DNA of 64,000 nucleotides from an uncultured Gemmatimonadales bacterium (GTDB lineage: Bacteria; Gemmatimonadota; Gemmatimonadetes; Longimicrobiales; Gaopeijiaceae): contig CAWGKG010000010.1 of the NCBI GenBank assembly GCA_963823035.1, positions 1-64,000 on the forward strand, in the 5' to 3' direction. Position numbers and translations under genes: made by a program. The first letter of the stretch is position 1; each line of letters begins with the position of its first letter. A model generated the notes under the pieces. It ran no database searches and was not told the DNA's origin. It saw nothing but the letters and a program-made list of their open reading frames with translations. Below, one piece after another: positions 53,984 through 62,707 of this stretch.

Positions 53984-55573
53984 ATGACGATAGATCCTAC
54001 GTACGATGCGTCGCCCGCAGTCGGAGATTCCCCGCATCCCCGGGAACAACCGGTGCGGCGCTCACGCCGGGAAAGGAAGGCGACGGGGCCCGGCGATCCC
54101 GGCGGCCGCGCGCGCGGCGAGGCGGCGCGGAAGGTCGACTGGAAGCGGACGGCGTTCATCCTCCTCGGGCTCGGGCTGTTCGCGGGCGTCTACCTCGCGC
54201 CTTCTCCGGCGCCCGCGATCGATCCGCAGGGGCAGGCGTTCGCCCTCTCCCGCGAGGGTCAGGCGGCCCTCGCGCTCTTCTTCCTCGCGGCGACCTGGTG
54301 GGTGACCGAGGTCATCCCGATCGGCGTGACCAGCATCACCATCGGGGTGGTGCAGGCGCTCTTCCTGATCCGGCCGGCGCGCGACGCCTTCACCGACTTC
54401 ATGGATCCGTCGGTGTGGTTCATCTTCGGCTCGCTCATGATCGGGATGGTCTTCACGAAGACCGGCCTCACCCGGCGGCTGGCGTACCGGATGCTCTCCG
54501 TGGTGGGCGAGCGCACGAGCATGATCTACCTCGGCTGCTTCGTCATGACCGCGGCGCTCACGCTCATCATGGCGCACACGGCCGTGGCGGCCACGGTCTA
54601 CCCGCTCTTCCTGGCGATCTACGCGCTGTACACCGAGGAGAGCGCGCCCACCCGCTTCGGGAAGGGGCTGTTCATGGGGATGGCGTTCGTGGCGGGCGCG
54701 GGCAGCATCATCACGCTGCTCGGCGCCGCGCGCGGCGCGGTGGCGATCGGCTTCTTCCTCGACATCACCGGGCGGCAGATCGACTTCTTCGAGCTCACGT
54801 ACTACATGCTGCCCATCGGCGCGCTCATGGTCGTGCTGCTGTGGGTGTTCTTCATGCTCTGGTATCCGCCCGAGCGGAAGAGCATCCCCGGGCTGCGCGA
54901 CAGGGTGAACCGCCTCTATGCGACGCTCGGGCCCATGAGCCGCAACGAGATCCTCTCGCTCGTCATCGTCCTCTCGACGATCGCGGTCCTGAGCCTGCGC
55001 TCCTTCGTGCCCGCGCTCGCGCCGCTCGACAAGAGCGCGATCATCCTGGTGCCCATCGTCCTCCTCTTCCTCCTGAACATCCTGGAGCTGGAGGACCTGG
55101 AGAACGCGTCGTGGAACATCGTCTTCCTCTTCGGCGGCGCGATGAGCATCGGCTTCTGCCTGTGGAGGACCGGCGCGGCCGAGTGGCTGGCCGTGCTCTG
55201 GCTCGGGCTGTTCCAGCAGGCGCACTGGCTGGTGTTCGTGCTCGGGATGGCGGCCTTCGTGCTGGTGATGACCAACCTCATCATGAACGTGGCGGCCATC
55301 GCGATCACGATGCCCGTGGCGCTCGTGATCGCGCCCTACGTGGGCGTCGCGCCCGAGGTGGTGTTGTTCTCCTCGCTGGTCACGGCCGGGATGCCCTTCC
55401 TCCTCCTCGTCGGCGCGGCGCCCAACGCGATCGCCTACGGCAGCAGGCAGTTCACCACGCGGGAGTTCTTCACCGCCGGGATCCCCGCGAGCCTGCTCCT
55501 GCTGGCGGTGCTCGGGCTGTTCGTGTGGCTCATCTGGCCGATGATGGGGATGCCGGTGCTGGTGGGAGGGTAG
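53984..55573 (+). CDS. SLC13/DASS family anion transporter
   Basis: WWVTEVIPIGVT, MAHTAVAA, LLGAARG, MNVAAIAI, GAAPNAIAYGS; start uncertain (53966 alternative). Confidence 0.88.
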   Translation: MTIDPTYDASPAVGDSPHPREQPVRRSRRERKATGPGDPGGRARGEAARKVDWKRTAFILLGLGLFAGVYLAPSPAPAIDPQGQAFALSREGQAALALFFLAATWWVTEVIPIGVTSITIGVVQALFLIRPARDAFTDFMDPSVWFIFGSLMIGMVFTKTGLTRRLAYRMLSVVGERTSMIYLGCFVMTAALTLIMAHTAVAATVYPLFLAIYALYTEESAPTRFGKGLFMGMAFVAGAGSIITLLGAARGAVAIGFFLDITGRQIDFFELTYYMLPIGALMVVLLWVFFMLWYPPERKSIPGLRDRVNRLYATLGPMSRNEILSLVIVLSTIAVLSLRSFVPALAPLDKSAIILVPIVLLFLLNILELEDLENASWNIVFLFGGAMSIGFCLWRTGAAEWLAVLWLGLFQQAHWLVFVLGMAAFVLVMTNLIMNVAAIAITMPVALVIAPYVGVAPEVVLFSSLVTAGMPFLLLVGAAPNAIAYGSRQFTTREFFTAGIPASLLLLAVLGLFVWLIWPMMGMPVLVGG

Positions 55574-55610
55574 GGAGGGAGCGCGGTCCGCGTGCCGGCG
55601 GCCGAGCTCA

Positions 55611-55878
55611 TCAGGCGAACCGCTTCGCCCGCCCGGGCCTTCGCCTTGGCCGCCTCGACCTCCCGGTTCCTCGGATCCGCGCGCGTCGTGAGCCCGGCAA
55701 GCAGCTCGGCCGCCGCCTCCGCGACCCGGTCCACGGCCCGGTGGAACGCGACTTCGTTCGCCTGCGAGGGCTTGGTGAAGCCGCTGACCTTGCGCACGAA
55801 CTGAAGGGCCGACGCCCGGATCTCGTCCTCGGTGGCCGGGGGGTCGAAGTTGTAGAGCGTCCTGATGTTGCGGCACAT
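55611..55878 (-). CDS. DUF2277 family protein (frameshift in the last codons)
   Basis: MCRNIRTLYNFDPPATEDEIRASALQFVRKVSG. Confidence 0.85.
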
Positions 55879-55894
55879 GGATGATTCCTCCGAC

Positions 55895-56268
55895 TTCCAG
55901 AAGCCCAGCGTCTCGGGGACGAAGACGACACGGATGCGGTGCCGAGGATCCTGATGAAGGATGAGGGTCTGCGCCAGGAGCGAGCCGGGAGGCCACCAGG
56001 ATCTGTCCGTCTTCCGTGACCGCATGCGCGCTCCCGAGGATGAAGTCGGGGGCGGCCCCGAGCTTGCGCATCTCTCGGGCTTGCGTCTCGCGGTCGAGCG
56101 TTCGGAGCCGGGATCGTACCGAGTCGTAGCGTCCGGACTCGTCGATCACGGAGGTGATCCCCAGCACGCGTAGCGTCTCCGAGAGGGCGGCGTGGACCTC
56201 CGCACCTTCGGGAAGAAGGTCGAGCACCCGGCTTCGCGCGTCCGCTCCGCCGTCGGGGCGGGGTCATG
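55895..56268 (-). pseudogene. LUD (lactate utilisation LutC-like) domain remnant
   Basis: DLLPEGAEV, LGSAHAVTEDGQILVAS then a jump in another frame to RIRVVFVPETLGF; N-terminus and the usual middle segment appear missing. Confidence 0.6.
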
Positions 56269-56358
56269 AATCGGGCTCCTTGGACGGGTGAGGCGGGCGT
56301 CGCGCCGCGGCCGCGTCGATCACCACCGCCAATGTAGGGAGACCCCTTGCCTCCCGTA

Positions 56359-56442
56359 TTCATCATATTATCATGATGAAAGCGTTATTGGGCCAGGAAG
56401 ACCACCGTTCAGGACCTGAGGGTTTCTGACGACGTCGGAAAC
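56359..56442. promoter_or_regulatory. AT-rich nos upstream region with two inverted repeats
   Basis: TTCATCAT-N6-ATGATGAA (56359-56380) and GTTTCTGAC-GAC-GTCGGAAAC (56422-56442). Confidence 0.55.
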
Positions 56443-56492
56443 ATCATACACACATGACGAATTACCGACCATCATGCAATGGAGGCGTGGGA

Positions 56493-56936
56493 ATGAACGC
56501 GGCGATGCGAGGAATGGCGTTGGGAGCTCTGATCTCGGTGGGCGCGCTCGGAGGATGCGGCGGCAGCCAGGACCAGGCGGACTCCGGTCAGGCTGCGACG
56601 GAGGCCGCGGGGGCCGCGGGTGAGATGGCCGCGGTCACTCCCGATGCACGTCAGCAGGCGCAAGAGATCTTCGGGACCCGATGCGCCGTCTGTCACGGCG
56701 CCGAGGGTCGGGGGGACGGCCCTGGGGCGGCCGGTCTGACGCCGCGTCCGCGCAACTACCACGACGTGGCGTGGCAGGACAGCGTGACCGACCAGGAGAT
56801 CGAGACCGCCATCGTCTATGGCGGCGCCGCCGTGGGCCGGAGCCCCGCCATGGTCGGCAACCCCGACCTCGGCAGCAAGCCGGCCGTCGTGGCTGCGCTC
56901 CGAGAGATGATCCGGAACTTCGGGAAGCAGAACTAG
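56493..56936 (+). CDS. Monoheme cytochrome c lipoprotein, probable electron donor to NosZ
   Basis: GGAGG SD, lipobox LGGC, CAVCH, distal Met in SPAM. Confidence 0.9.
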   Translation: MNAAMRGMALGALISVGALGGCGGSQDQADSGQAATEAAGAAGEMAAVTPDARQQAQEIFGTRCAVCHGAEGRGDGPGAAGLTPRPRNYHDVAWQDSVTDQEIETAIVYGGAAVGRSPAMVGNPDLGSKPAVVAALREMIRNFGKQN

Positions 56937-56977
56937 TGCTGCACCGTTGGCGAGACAACCAAGAAGGAGGGAGCCTC

Positions 56978-58939
56978 ATGGTAGCGGAGAGTTGGATGAG
57001 CCGGGTTGGGCGGCTGCTCCTGACAACCACCGCGGTCGCGGTGCTGGCGGGCTGCGGCGGATCAGGAGACGGTGGTGCGGGTGGCGCCTCGGTGCAGGAC
57101 CTGATGCGCTCGCGGAATCTGAGTGAGGCGGACGTGGTCGCGGCGCTCAAGACCTACACACCGACGGGGCGCATGGACCCGTTCGTGATGTTCGCCTCCG
57201 GCGGTCACAGCGGTCAGGTGATCGTGATCGGCGTGCCGTCCATGCGCATCCTGAAGTACATCGGCGTCTTCACGCCCGAGCCGTGGCAGGGCTACGGGTT
57301 CGACGACCAGACGCGGGGGCTCATGGCCAGCAGCTCTCCCAGAGGCAAGAGCCTGACCTGGGGAGACAGCCACCATCCGGCCTTCAGCGAGACGGACGGT
57401 GACTACGACGGCCAGTTCCTGTTCATCAACGACAAGGCGAACGCCCGCGTGGCCGTGGTGAGCCTCAAGGACTTCGTGACCACCCAGATCGTGCACTCCC
57501 CGATCCTGGGCACGGACCACGGCGGTACGTTCGTCACGCCGAACACCGACTACATCATCGAGGGCGGACAGTACCCGGTGCCCCTCGACGGAAGCTACGC
57601 GCCGATCTCCGACTTCGACGACACGTACCGGGGCGCCGTGATGTTCTGGAAGTTCGACCGCCAGAGCGGGCAGATCGATGCTTCGCAGTCGTTCGCCATG
57701 GAGTTGCCGCCCTACATGCAGGACCTGTCGGACGCGGGCAAGGTGTCCAGCGACGGATGGGTGTTCATCAACTCGTTCGACACCGAGCGTTCGCACGGTG
57801 GCAACATGGAGGGCGAGCCTCCCCTCGAGTCCGGGGCCTCCCAGAACGACATGGACTACCTGCACGTCATCGATTGGCGCCGGGCCGCGGAAGTCGCCGC
57901 GCAGGCGGGCAAGACCCGGCTCGTCCAGGGCGTGCGGGTGATCCCGCTCGCCACCTCCGTCGAGGAGGGGTTGCTGTACTTCGTGCCGGAGCCCAAGAGT
58001 CCGCACGGCGTGGACGTGACACCGGACGGCCAGTACCTGGCGGTTTCCGGCAAGCTGGACACGCACGAGACCATCTACGACTGGTCGAAGATCAAGCAGG
58101 CCATCGACGCGAAGACCTTCGAGGGCGCGGATCCCTACGGCGTGCCGATCATCGGGTTCCAGACGGCGCTGCACGGGCAGGTGGAGATCGGTCTCGGGCC
58201 GCTGCACACCCAGTGGGACGACCAGGGCAACGGCTATACCTCGCTCTTCATCGAGTCGAAGATCGCGAAGTGGTCGCTCACGGACATGAAGGTCCTCGAG
58301 AAGATCCCCGTGCACTACAACATCGGCCACCTGGCCACGCCGGAGGGCGACACCCGGCACCCCAGGGGCCAATACGTCGTGGCGCTGGACAAGTGGTCCA
58401 TCGACCGGTTCAACAACGTCGGTCCCCTCATGCCCCAGAACATGCAGCTGATCGACGTGACCACGCCGCAGATGCAGCTGCTCTACGACCTCCCCATCGG
58501 GATGGGCGAGCCGCACTACGCCCAGATCATCAGCGCGGACAAGCTGAACGCCTCGCAGATGTACACGCCGGTGGGTGAGAACCAGGTGACGCACCAGCCC
58601 GACGCGGACGCGGTGACGTCGGAGGATCAGGCGCGCGTCGTTCGGCGCGGGCGTGTGGTGGACGTCTACATGACGGCGGTCCGCAGCCACTTCAGGCCGG
58701 ACCGGGTCGAGGTGAACCGGGGCGACACCGTGCACTTCCACCTCACCAACCTGGAGCAGACACCGGATGCCACGCACGGGTTCGGTCTGGGGAAGTACGA
58801 CGTCAATCTCAGCCTCGAGCCGGGCAAGACGGCCAACGTCACGATCGTAGCGGACATGGCCGGTGTGTTCCCGTACTACTGCACCGAGTTCTGCTCCGCG
58901 CTGCACCTGGAGATGATGGGCTATCTGCTGGTGAAGTAG
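56978..58939 (+). CDS. nosZ: Nitrous oxide reductase, clade II (Sec/lipoprotein signal)
   Basis: SGGHSGQ; CuZ His motifs DSHH, DHG, PHG, LHT, GH, EPH; CuA THG..CTEFCSALHLEM; LAGC lipobox, no Tat motif. Confidence 0.97.
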   Translation: MVAESWMSRVGRLLLTTTAVAVLAGCGGSGDGGAGGASVQDLMRSRNLSEADVVAALKTYTPTGRMDPFVMFASGGHSGQVIVIGVPSMRILKYIGVFTPEPWQGYGFDDQTRGLMASSSPRGKSLTWGDSHHPAFSETDGDYDGQFLFINDKANARVAVVSLKDFVTTQIVHSPILGTDHGGTFVTPNTDYIIEGGQYPVPLDGSYAPISDFDDTYRGAVMFWKFDRQSGQIDASQSFAMELPPYMQDLSDAGKVSSDGWVFINSFDTERSHGGNMEGEPPLESGASQNDMDYLHVIDWRRAAEVAAQAGKTRLVQGVRVIPLATSVEEGLLYFVPEPKSPHGVDVTPDGQYLAVSGKLDTHETIYDWSKIKQAIDAKTFEGADPYGVPIIGFQTALHGQVEIGLGPLHTQWDDQGNGYTSLFIESKIAKWSLTDMKVLEKIPVHYNIGHLATPEGDTRHPRGQYVVALDKWSIDRFNNVGPLMPQNMQLIDVTTPQMQLLYDLPIGMGEPHYAQIISADKLNASQMYTPVGENQVTHQPDADAVTSEDQARVVRRGRVVDVYMTAVRSHFRPDRVEVNRGDTVHFHLTNLEQTPDATHGFGLGKYDVNLSLEPGKTANVTIVADMAGVFPYYCTEFCSALHLEMMGYLLVK

Positions 58940-58955
58940 CGGCCCCGAGGCGCGT

Positions 58956-58983
58956 CCCGGGCCGGTCGCACGACCGGCCCGGG
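58956..58983 (+). terminator. Hairpin between nosZ and nosD (attenuator or mRNA stabiliser)
   Basis: CCCGGGCCGGTCG-CA-CGACCGGCCCGGG perfect inverted repeat. Confidence 0.6.
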
Positions 58984-59027
58984 GCACCGAGGAACAGACC
59001 TGCGACCCGAGAAGGGCGAAGGGAGGG

Positions 59028-60350
59028 ATGAGCACGGTGTCCGTGGTACGGAAGGTGGCCTGGATCGGCCTGGCCGTGGTGGTGGCCGTCGCGCCGTCCG
59101 GCGCGATCCGGGGGCCCGCGCCGGTGCGGACGACCGCGATCGCCGACGTGCCTTGCCCGCGCGGGGGCCGCATGCTGGCGGCGGGCATCGCGTTGCAGGC
59201 CGTGGTGGACACCACGGGAGAGGGCGCCGTTCTCTGCCTGTCGGCGGGTCGATACGAGGGTCCTCTGGAGATCCGCGGACGGCTCACCCTGCACGGACCG
59301 GAGAACGCGGTGATCCACTCCGACGGCGCCGGCACGACCGTGCGGGTCCTGGCGGACAGCGCCGTCCTGACGGGCTTCACGGTGGACGGCAGCGGTCGGC
59401 GCTACGACAAGATGGACGCCGCGGTCTACCTGCACGGGAAGGGGATCGAGGCGCGCGGACTGCACGTGCGCAACGCGCTCTTCGGCATCGTGGCCGAACA
59501 GTCGGACGGCCTGGCCATCACGGACAATCGCGTCGCCGGCCTGGCGGAGCTGCCCGTGGGCATCCGCGGAGACGGGATCCGTCTGTGGGAGGTGCGCCAC
59601 TCGCTCGTCGCGGGAAACCGGCTGACGGACTCCCGTGACATCCTGGTGTGGTACTCGCCCGGCAACCTCATCTCGGGCAATACCGTGGTGCGCAGCCGAT
59701 ACGCCACGCACTTCATGTACTCGGACGACTGCGTGGTGGAGGACGCCGCATACCGGGAGAACATCGTCGGCGTCTTCGTCATGTACTCCCGCGGCATCAC
59801 GTTGCGGAACAACCTGATCACGGACAACTCGGTCGTCGACGGCATGGGACTGGGTGTGAAGGAGTCCGGCAACCTCGTGGTGGAGGGCAACCGCTTCGTC
59901 CACGACCGCGCGTGCCTCTATCTCGACACCTCGCCCTTTCGTGACGGCGACTCGGTCCTGGTGCGCGGCAACACCTTCGCGCGCTGCACGGCCGGGGTCA
60001 CGTTCCACAGCAGCGAGCGCCACAACTCCTTCGAGGACAACGCATTCCACGAGAACCAGACGCAGGTGGCCGTGGAGGGCCGCGGCACGGCTCAGGGCGT
60101 GTCCTGGGGAAGGAACTACTTCGACGACTACCAGGGCTACGACCTGGACGGCGACGGAACGGGCGACGTGCCCTACGAGCTGCGCAGCCTGTCGGAGCGG
60201 CTGGTCGCGAGTCATCCGGGGCTGGCGTTCTTCCGGGGGACCATCGCGCTCGAACTGCTCGACGTGGCCGCGCGGGTCTTCCCGCTGCTCCAACCCGAAA
60301 CCCTTCTGGTGGACCCACAGCCGCGCATGTCCCCCCCGGGGACGGCTTGA
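59028..60350 (+). CDS. nosD: Nitrous oxide reductase maturation protein NosD
   Basis: Beta-helix repeats, RGDGIRLW, RYATHFMYS, GRNYFDDYQGYDLDGDGTGDVPY. Confidence 0.95.
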   Translation: MSTVSVVRKVAWIGLAVVVAVAPSGAIRGPAPVRTTAIADVPCPRGGRMLAAGIALQAVVDTTGEGAVLCLSAGRYEGPLEIRGRLTLHGPENAVIHSDGAGTTVRVLADSAVLTGFTVDGSGRRYDKMDAAVYLHGKGIEARGLHVRNALFGIVAEQSDGLAITDNRVAGLAELPVGIRGDGIRLWEVRHSLVAGNRLTDSRDILVWYSPGNLISGNTVVRSRYATHFMYSDDCVVEDAAYRENIVGVFVMYSRGITLRNNLITDNSVVDGMGLGVKESGNLVVEGNRFVHDRACLYLDTSPFRDGDSVLVRGNTFARCTAGVTFHSSERHNSFEDNAFHENQTQVAVEGRGTAQGVSWGRNYFDDYQGYDLDGDGTGDVPYELRSLSERLVASHPGLAFFRGTIALELLDVAARVFPLLQPETLLVDPQPRMSPPGTA

Positions 60351-60369
60351 GCGGAGGCGACGGAAGACG

Positions 60370-61101
60370 ATGCGAGTGGTGCTGAAGGACGTACGTAAGC
60401 GATTCGACGGGGTGCAGGCGCTGGCCGGCGTCTCGCTCGACATCGCCGCGGGAGAGCGGGTGGCGTTGGTGGGTCCGAACGGCTCGGGAAAGTCGACGCT
60501 GGTGCGGGCCGTGATGGGCATCGTGCGCTGCGACGGGGTCGTGCTGGTGGACGAGGCGGATCCCTTCGAGCATCGGACGCGGTTGGCGGCGCGGCTGGCG
60601 TACGTTCCGCAGACGGCGCCGCAGCTCGGAGCCACGGTGGGCGAGGTCACGCGCGCCGTCTCGACGCTGCGTGGGTTGGACCCGGCGGAGATGCGGCATT
60701 CCGCGGAGGTGATGGAGTTGGACCTGGACGCGCTGCGTCGCCGCCCGGTGCGCGAGCTCTCGGGCGGCATGAAGCAGAAGCTGCTCATCACGTTGGCGCT
60801 CGCAGCGCCGGTCTCCTTGCTCATCATGGACGAGCCCACGGCAAGCCTGGACGCAGGCGCGCGCGAGGCGTTCTTCCGACTCTTCCACGAGCAGGCAAAG
60901 GGGGCAACGCTCCTGCTCAGCTCCCACCGCCTCGACGAGGTCCGCCGCCTGGTCGACCGCGTCGTCGCGCTGGAGGAGGGCAGCGTCGTGCTGGACGGAC
61001 ACGTCTCCTCACAGGAGGTCGCCGAACGGCTTCACGGTGGAGCGCCCTGGGCGGACGTTCGCGACCTGGCGCGATGCGCGGGTGAGGGGTGGGGGTCATG
61101 A
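60370..61101 (+). CDS. nosF: ABC ATPase NosF
   Basis: GPNGSGKST, LSGGMKQK, MDEPTASLD; follows nosD. Confidence 0.9.
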   Translation: MRVVLKDVRKRFDGVQALAGVSLDIAAGERVALVGPNGSGKSTLVRAVMGIVRCDGVVLVDEADPFEHRTRLAARLAYVPQTAPQLGATVGEVTRAVSTLRGLDPAEMRHSAEVMELDLDALRRRPVRELSGGMKQKLLITLALAAPVSLLIMDEPTASLDAGAREAFFRLFHEQAKGATLLLSSHRLDEVRRLVDRVVALEEGSVVLDGHVSSQEVAERLHGGAPWADVRDLARCAGEGWGS

Positions 61102-61970
61102 GCGGCGTGGCGACGGTGGCGAAGGGAGGGCCCGGGAGCTGGACACGGGTCGCGGCGGTGGCCCGACTGGAGCTGGGCGACGTGCTCCGCTCGCGGTGGC
61201 TGGTATTCTGCGGCGGGCTGTACGCCGTGCTGGCCGCTCTGTTCATCCTGGTGGGAATGCGCGAGTCCCGCGTGATGGGGTTCACGGGCATCGGCCGTGT
61301 CCTGCTGTCCCTCAGCCACGCCCTGGTCGTGCTCCTGCCCCTGCTGGCGCTCACGGGGACCGGCCTCGTGGTGAGTCGGGCGCGCAGGGACGGCACGCTC
61401 GAGCTGCTGTTCAGCCACCCCGTCACCCGCGCCGACTACTTCGGCGCCGTGACGCTGGTGCGCTACGGCGCCCTCTTCCTCCCTCTGCTCGTGCTGCTGC
61501 CCGGCCTCGCCCTGGTCGGCTCGGTGGGCTTCGGCCTGCCGGTACCGTGGGCGTTCCTTCTCCGCGCGCTGGGGGTGAGCGCCGCGCTCCTGTGGAGCTT
61601 CACGGGCATCGGGCTCGCCATCTCCACCTACGTGAGCGAGCCGGACCGGGCCATGATGTACCTCCTGCTGACCTGGGTGCTGAGCGTGGCTCTGCTCGAC
61701 TTCGGCCTGGTCGGCTTGATGCTGCAGTGGAACCTGCCGGCCGCCGCCGTCTTCGCGCTGGCCGGCATCAACCCCGTCGAGACGGCTCGGCTCGCGCTCC
61801 TGTCCGGGGCCGAGCCTTCCCTGGGCGCCCTCGGACCCGTGGGCTTCTACCTGGCCGACACGCTCGGCTCCGGGTGGCTGTTCGTGGTCGGTGTGCTCTG
61901 GCCGCTGTTGGTGGGCTCGGTAGGGTGGGTGTCGGCCAGACGGCGGCTGCGTACCGGTGACCTTGTCTAG
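61098..61970 (+). CDS. nosY: ABC permease NosY
   Basis: GTLELLFSHPVTR, INPVETAR, multiple TMs; follows nosF. Confidence 0.88.
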   Translation: MSGVATVAKGGPGSWTRVAAVARLELGDVLRSRWLVFCGGLYAVLAALFILVGMRESRVMGFTGIGRVLLSLSHALVVLLPLLALTGTGLVVSRARRDGTLELLFSHPVTRADYFGAVTLVRYGALFLPLLVLLPGLALVGSVGFGLPVPWAFLLRALGVSAALLWSFTGIGLAISTYVSEPDRAMMYLLLTWVLSVALLDFGLVGLMLQWNLPAAAVFALAGINPVETARLALLSGAEPSLGALGPVGFYLADTLGSGWLFVVGVLWPLLVGSVGWVSARRRLRTGDLV

Positions 61971-61993
61971 ACGATCGGCGGAGGGATGGAGAC

Positions 61994-62653
61994 ATGATGT
62001 TGGAGGCCAAGCTGCGGCCCCTGGTGGACCGCTTCGAGGTGTTCCTGGACGAGCCCATCCGGTTCCATAGCCGGATCCTGCTCGCCCTGCTGGTGATACC
62101 CCTGGTGCTGAGCTTCACGCAGCCCCTCTGGCGCATCAGCATGGAGGCACCGCAGTACCCTCAGGGCCTGTACATGGACGTGTACGCCTACAAGCTCGAG
62201 GGAGGGCACGACGGGCACGACATCCAGGAGATCAACGAGCTCAACCACTACATCGGGATGCGTCGCATCGCGCGGAGCGAGTTCGAGGACCTGGACTGGA
62301 TCCCCTTCGCGCTCGGGCTGCTCTCCATCCTGGCCCTGCGCGCGGCCGCCATCGGCAAGGTGCGCTCGCTCATCGACCTGAGCGTGCTCACCGCGTACGT
62401 CGGAGCGTTCTCCCTGGCCAGGTTCGTCTACAAGCTCTACGTGTTCGGGCACGATCTCGACCCGCACGCACCGGTGAACATCACCCCCTTCATGCCGGTG
62501 GTCCTGGGGTCGAAGCAGGTGGCCAACTTCACCACCCACTCGTGGCCGAGCTGGGGCACCGCGCTCATGTCGGTCTTCGCAGTCGGCGTCGTGCTCGTCG
62601 CCGCGTGGCACTGCTGGGTGGGCTACCGCGAGGCGTGGGGCCGCGCCGCGTAG
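61994..62653 (+). CDS. nosB: Clade II nos membrane protein NosB
   Basis: PLWRISMEAPQYPQGL, INELNHYIGM, FGHDLDPHAP, GSKQVANFT..WP..G. Confidence 0.88.
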   Translation: MMLEAKLRPLVDRFEVFLDEPIRFHSRILLALLVIPLVLSFTQPLWRISMEAPQYPQGLYMDVYAYKLEGGHDGHDIQEINELNHYIGMRRIARSEFEDLDWIPFALGLLSILALRAAAIGKVRSLIDLSVLTAYVGAFSLARFVYKLYVFGHDLDPHAPVNITPFMPVVLGSKQVANFTTHSWPSWGTALMSVFAVGVVLVAAWHCWVGYREAWGRAA

Positions 62654-62707
62654 CGCGGCGGTATAAAGGGGTTCAGCTTCCGCACTCGAGGCGTCGGGGG
62701 GGGGACG

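Noticed and set aside
56681..56977. N-terminal extension of NosZ / cytochrome c-NosZ fusion
   Set aside because: Cytochrome c has its own stop at 56936 in another frame; nosZ has an SD and signal peptide at 56978
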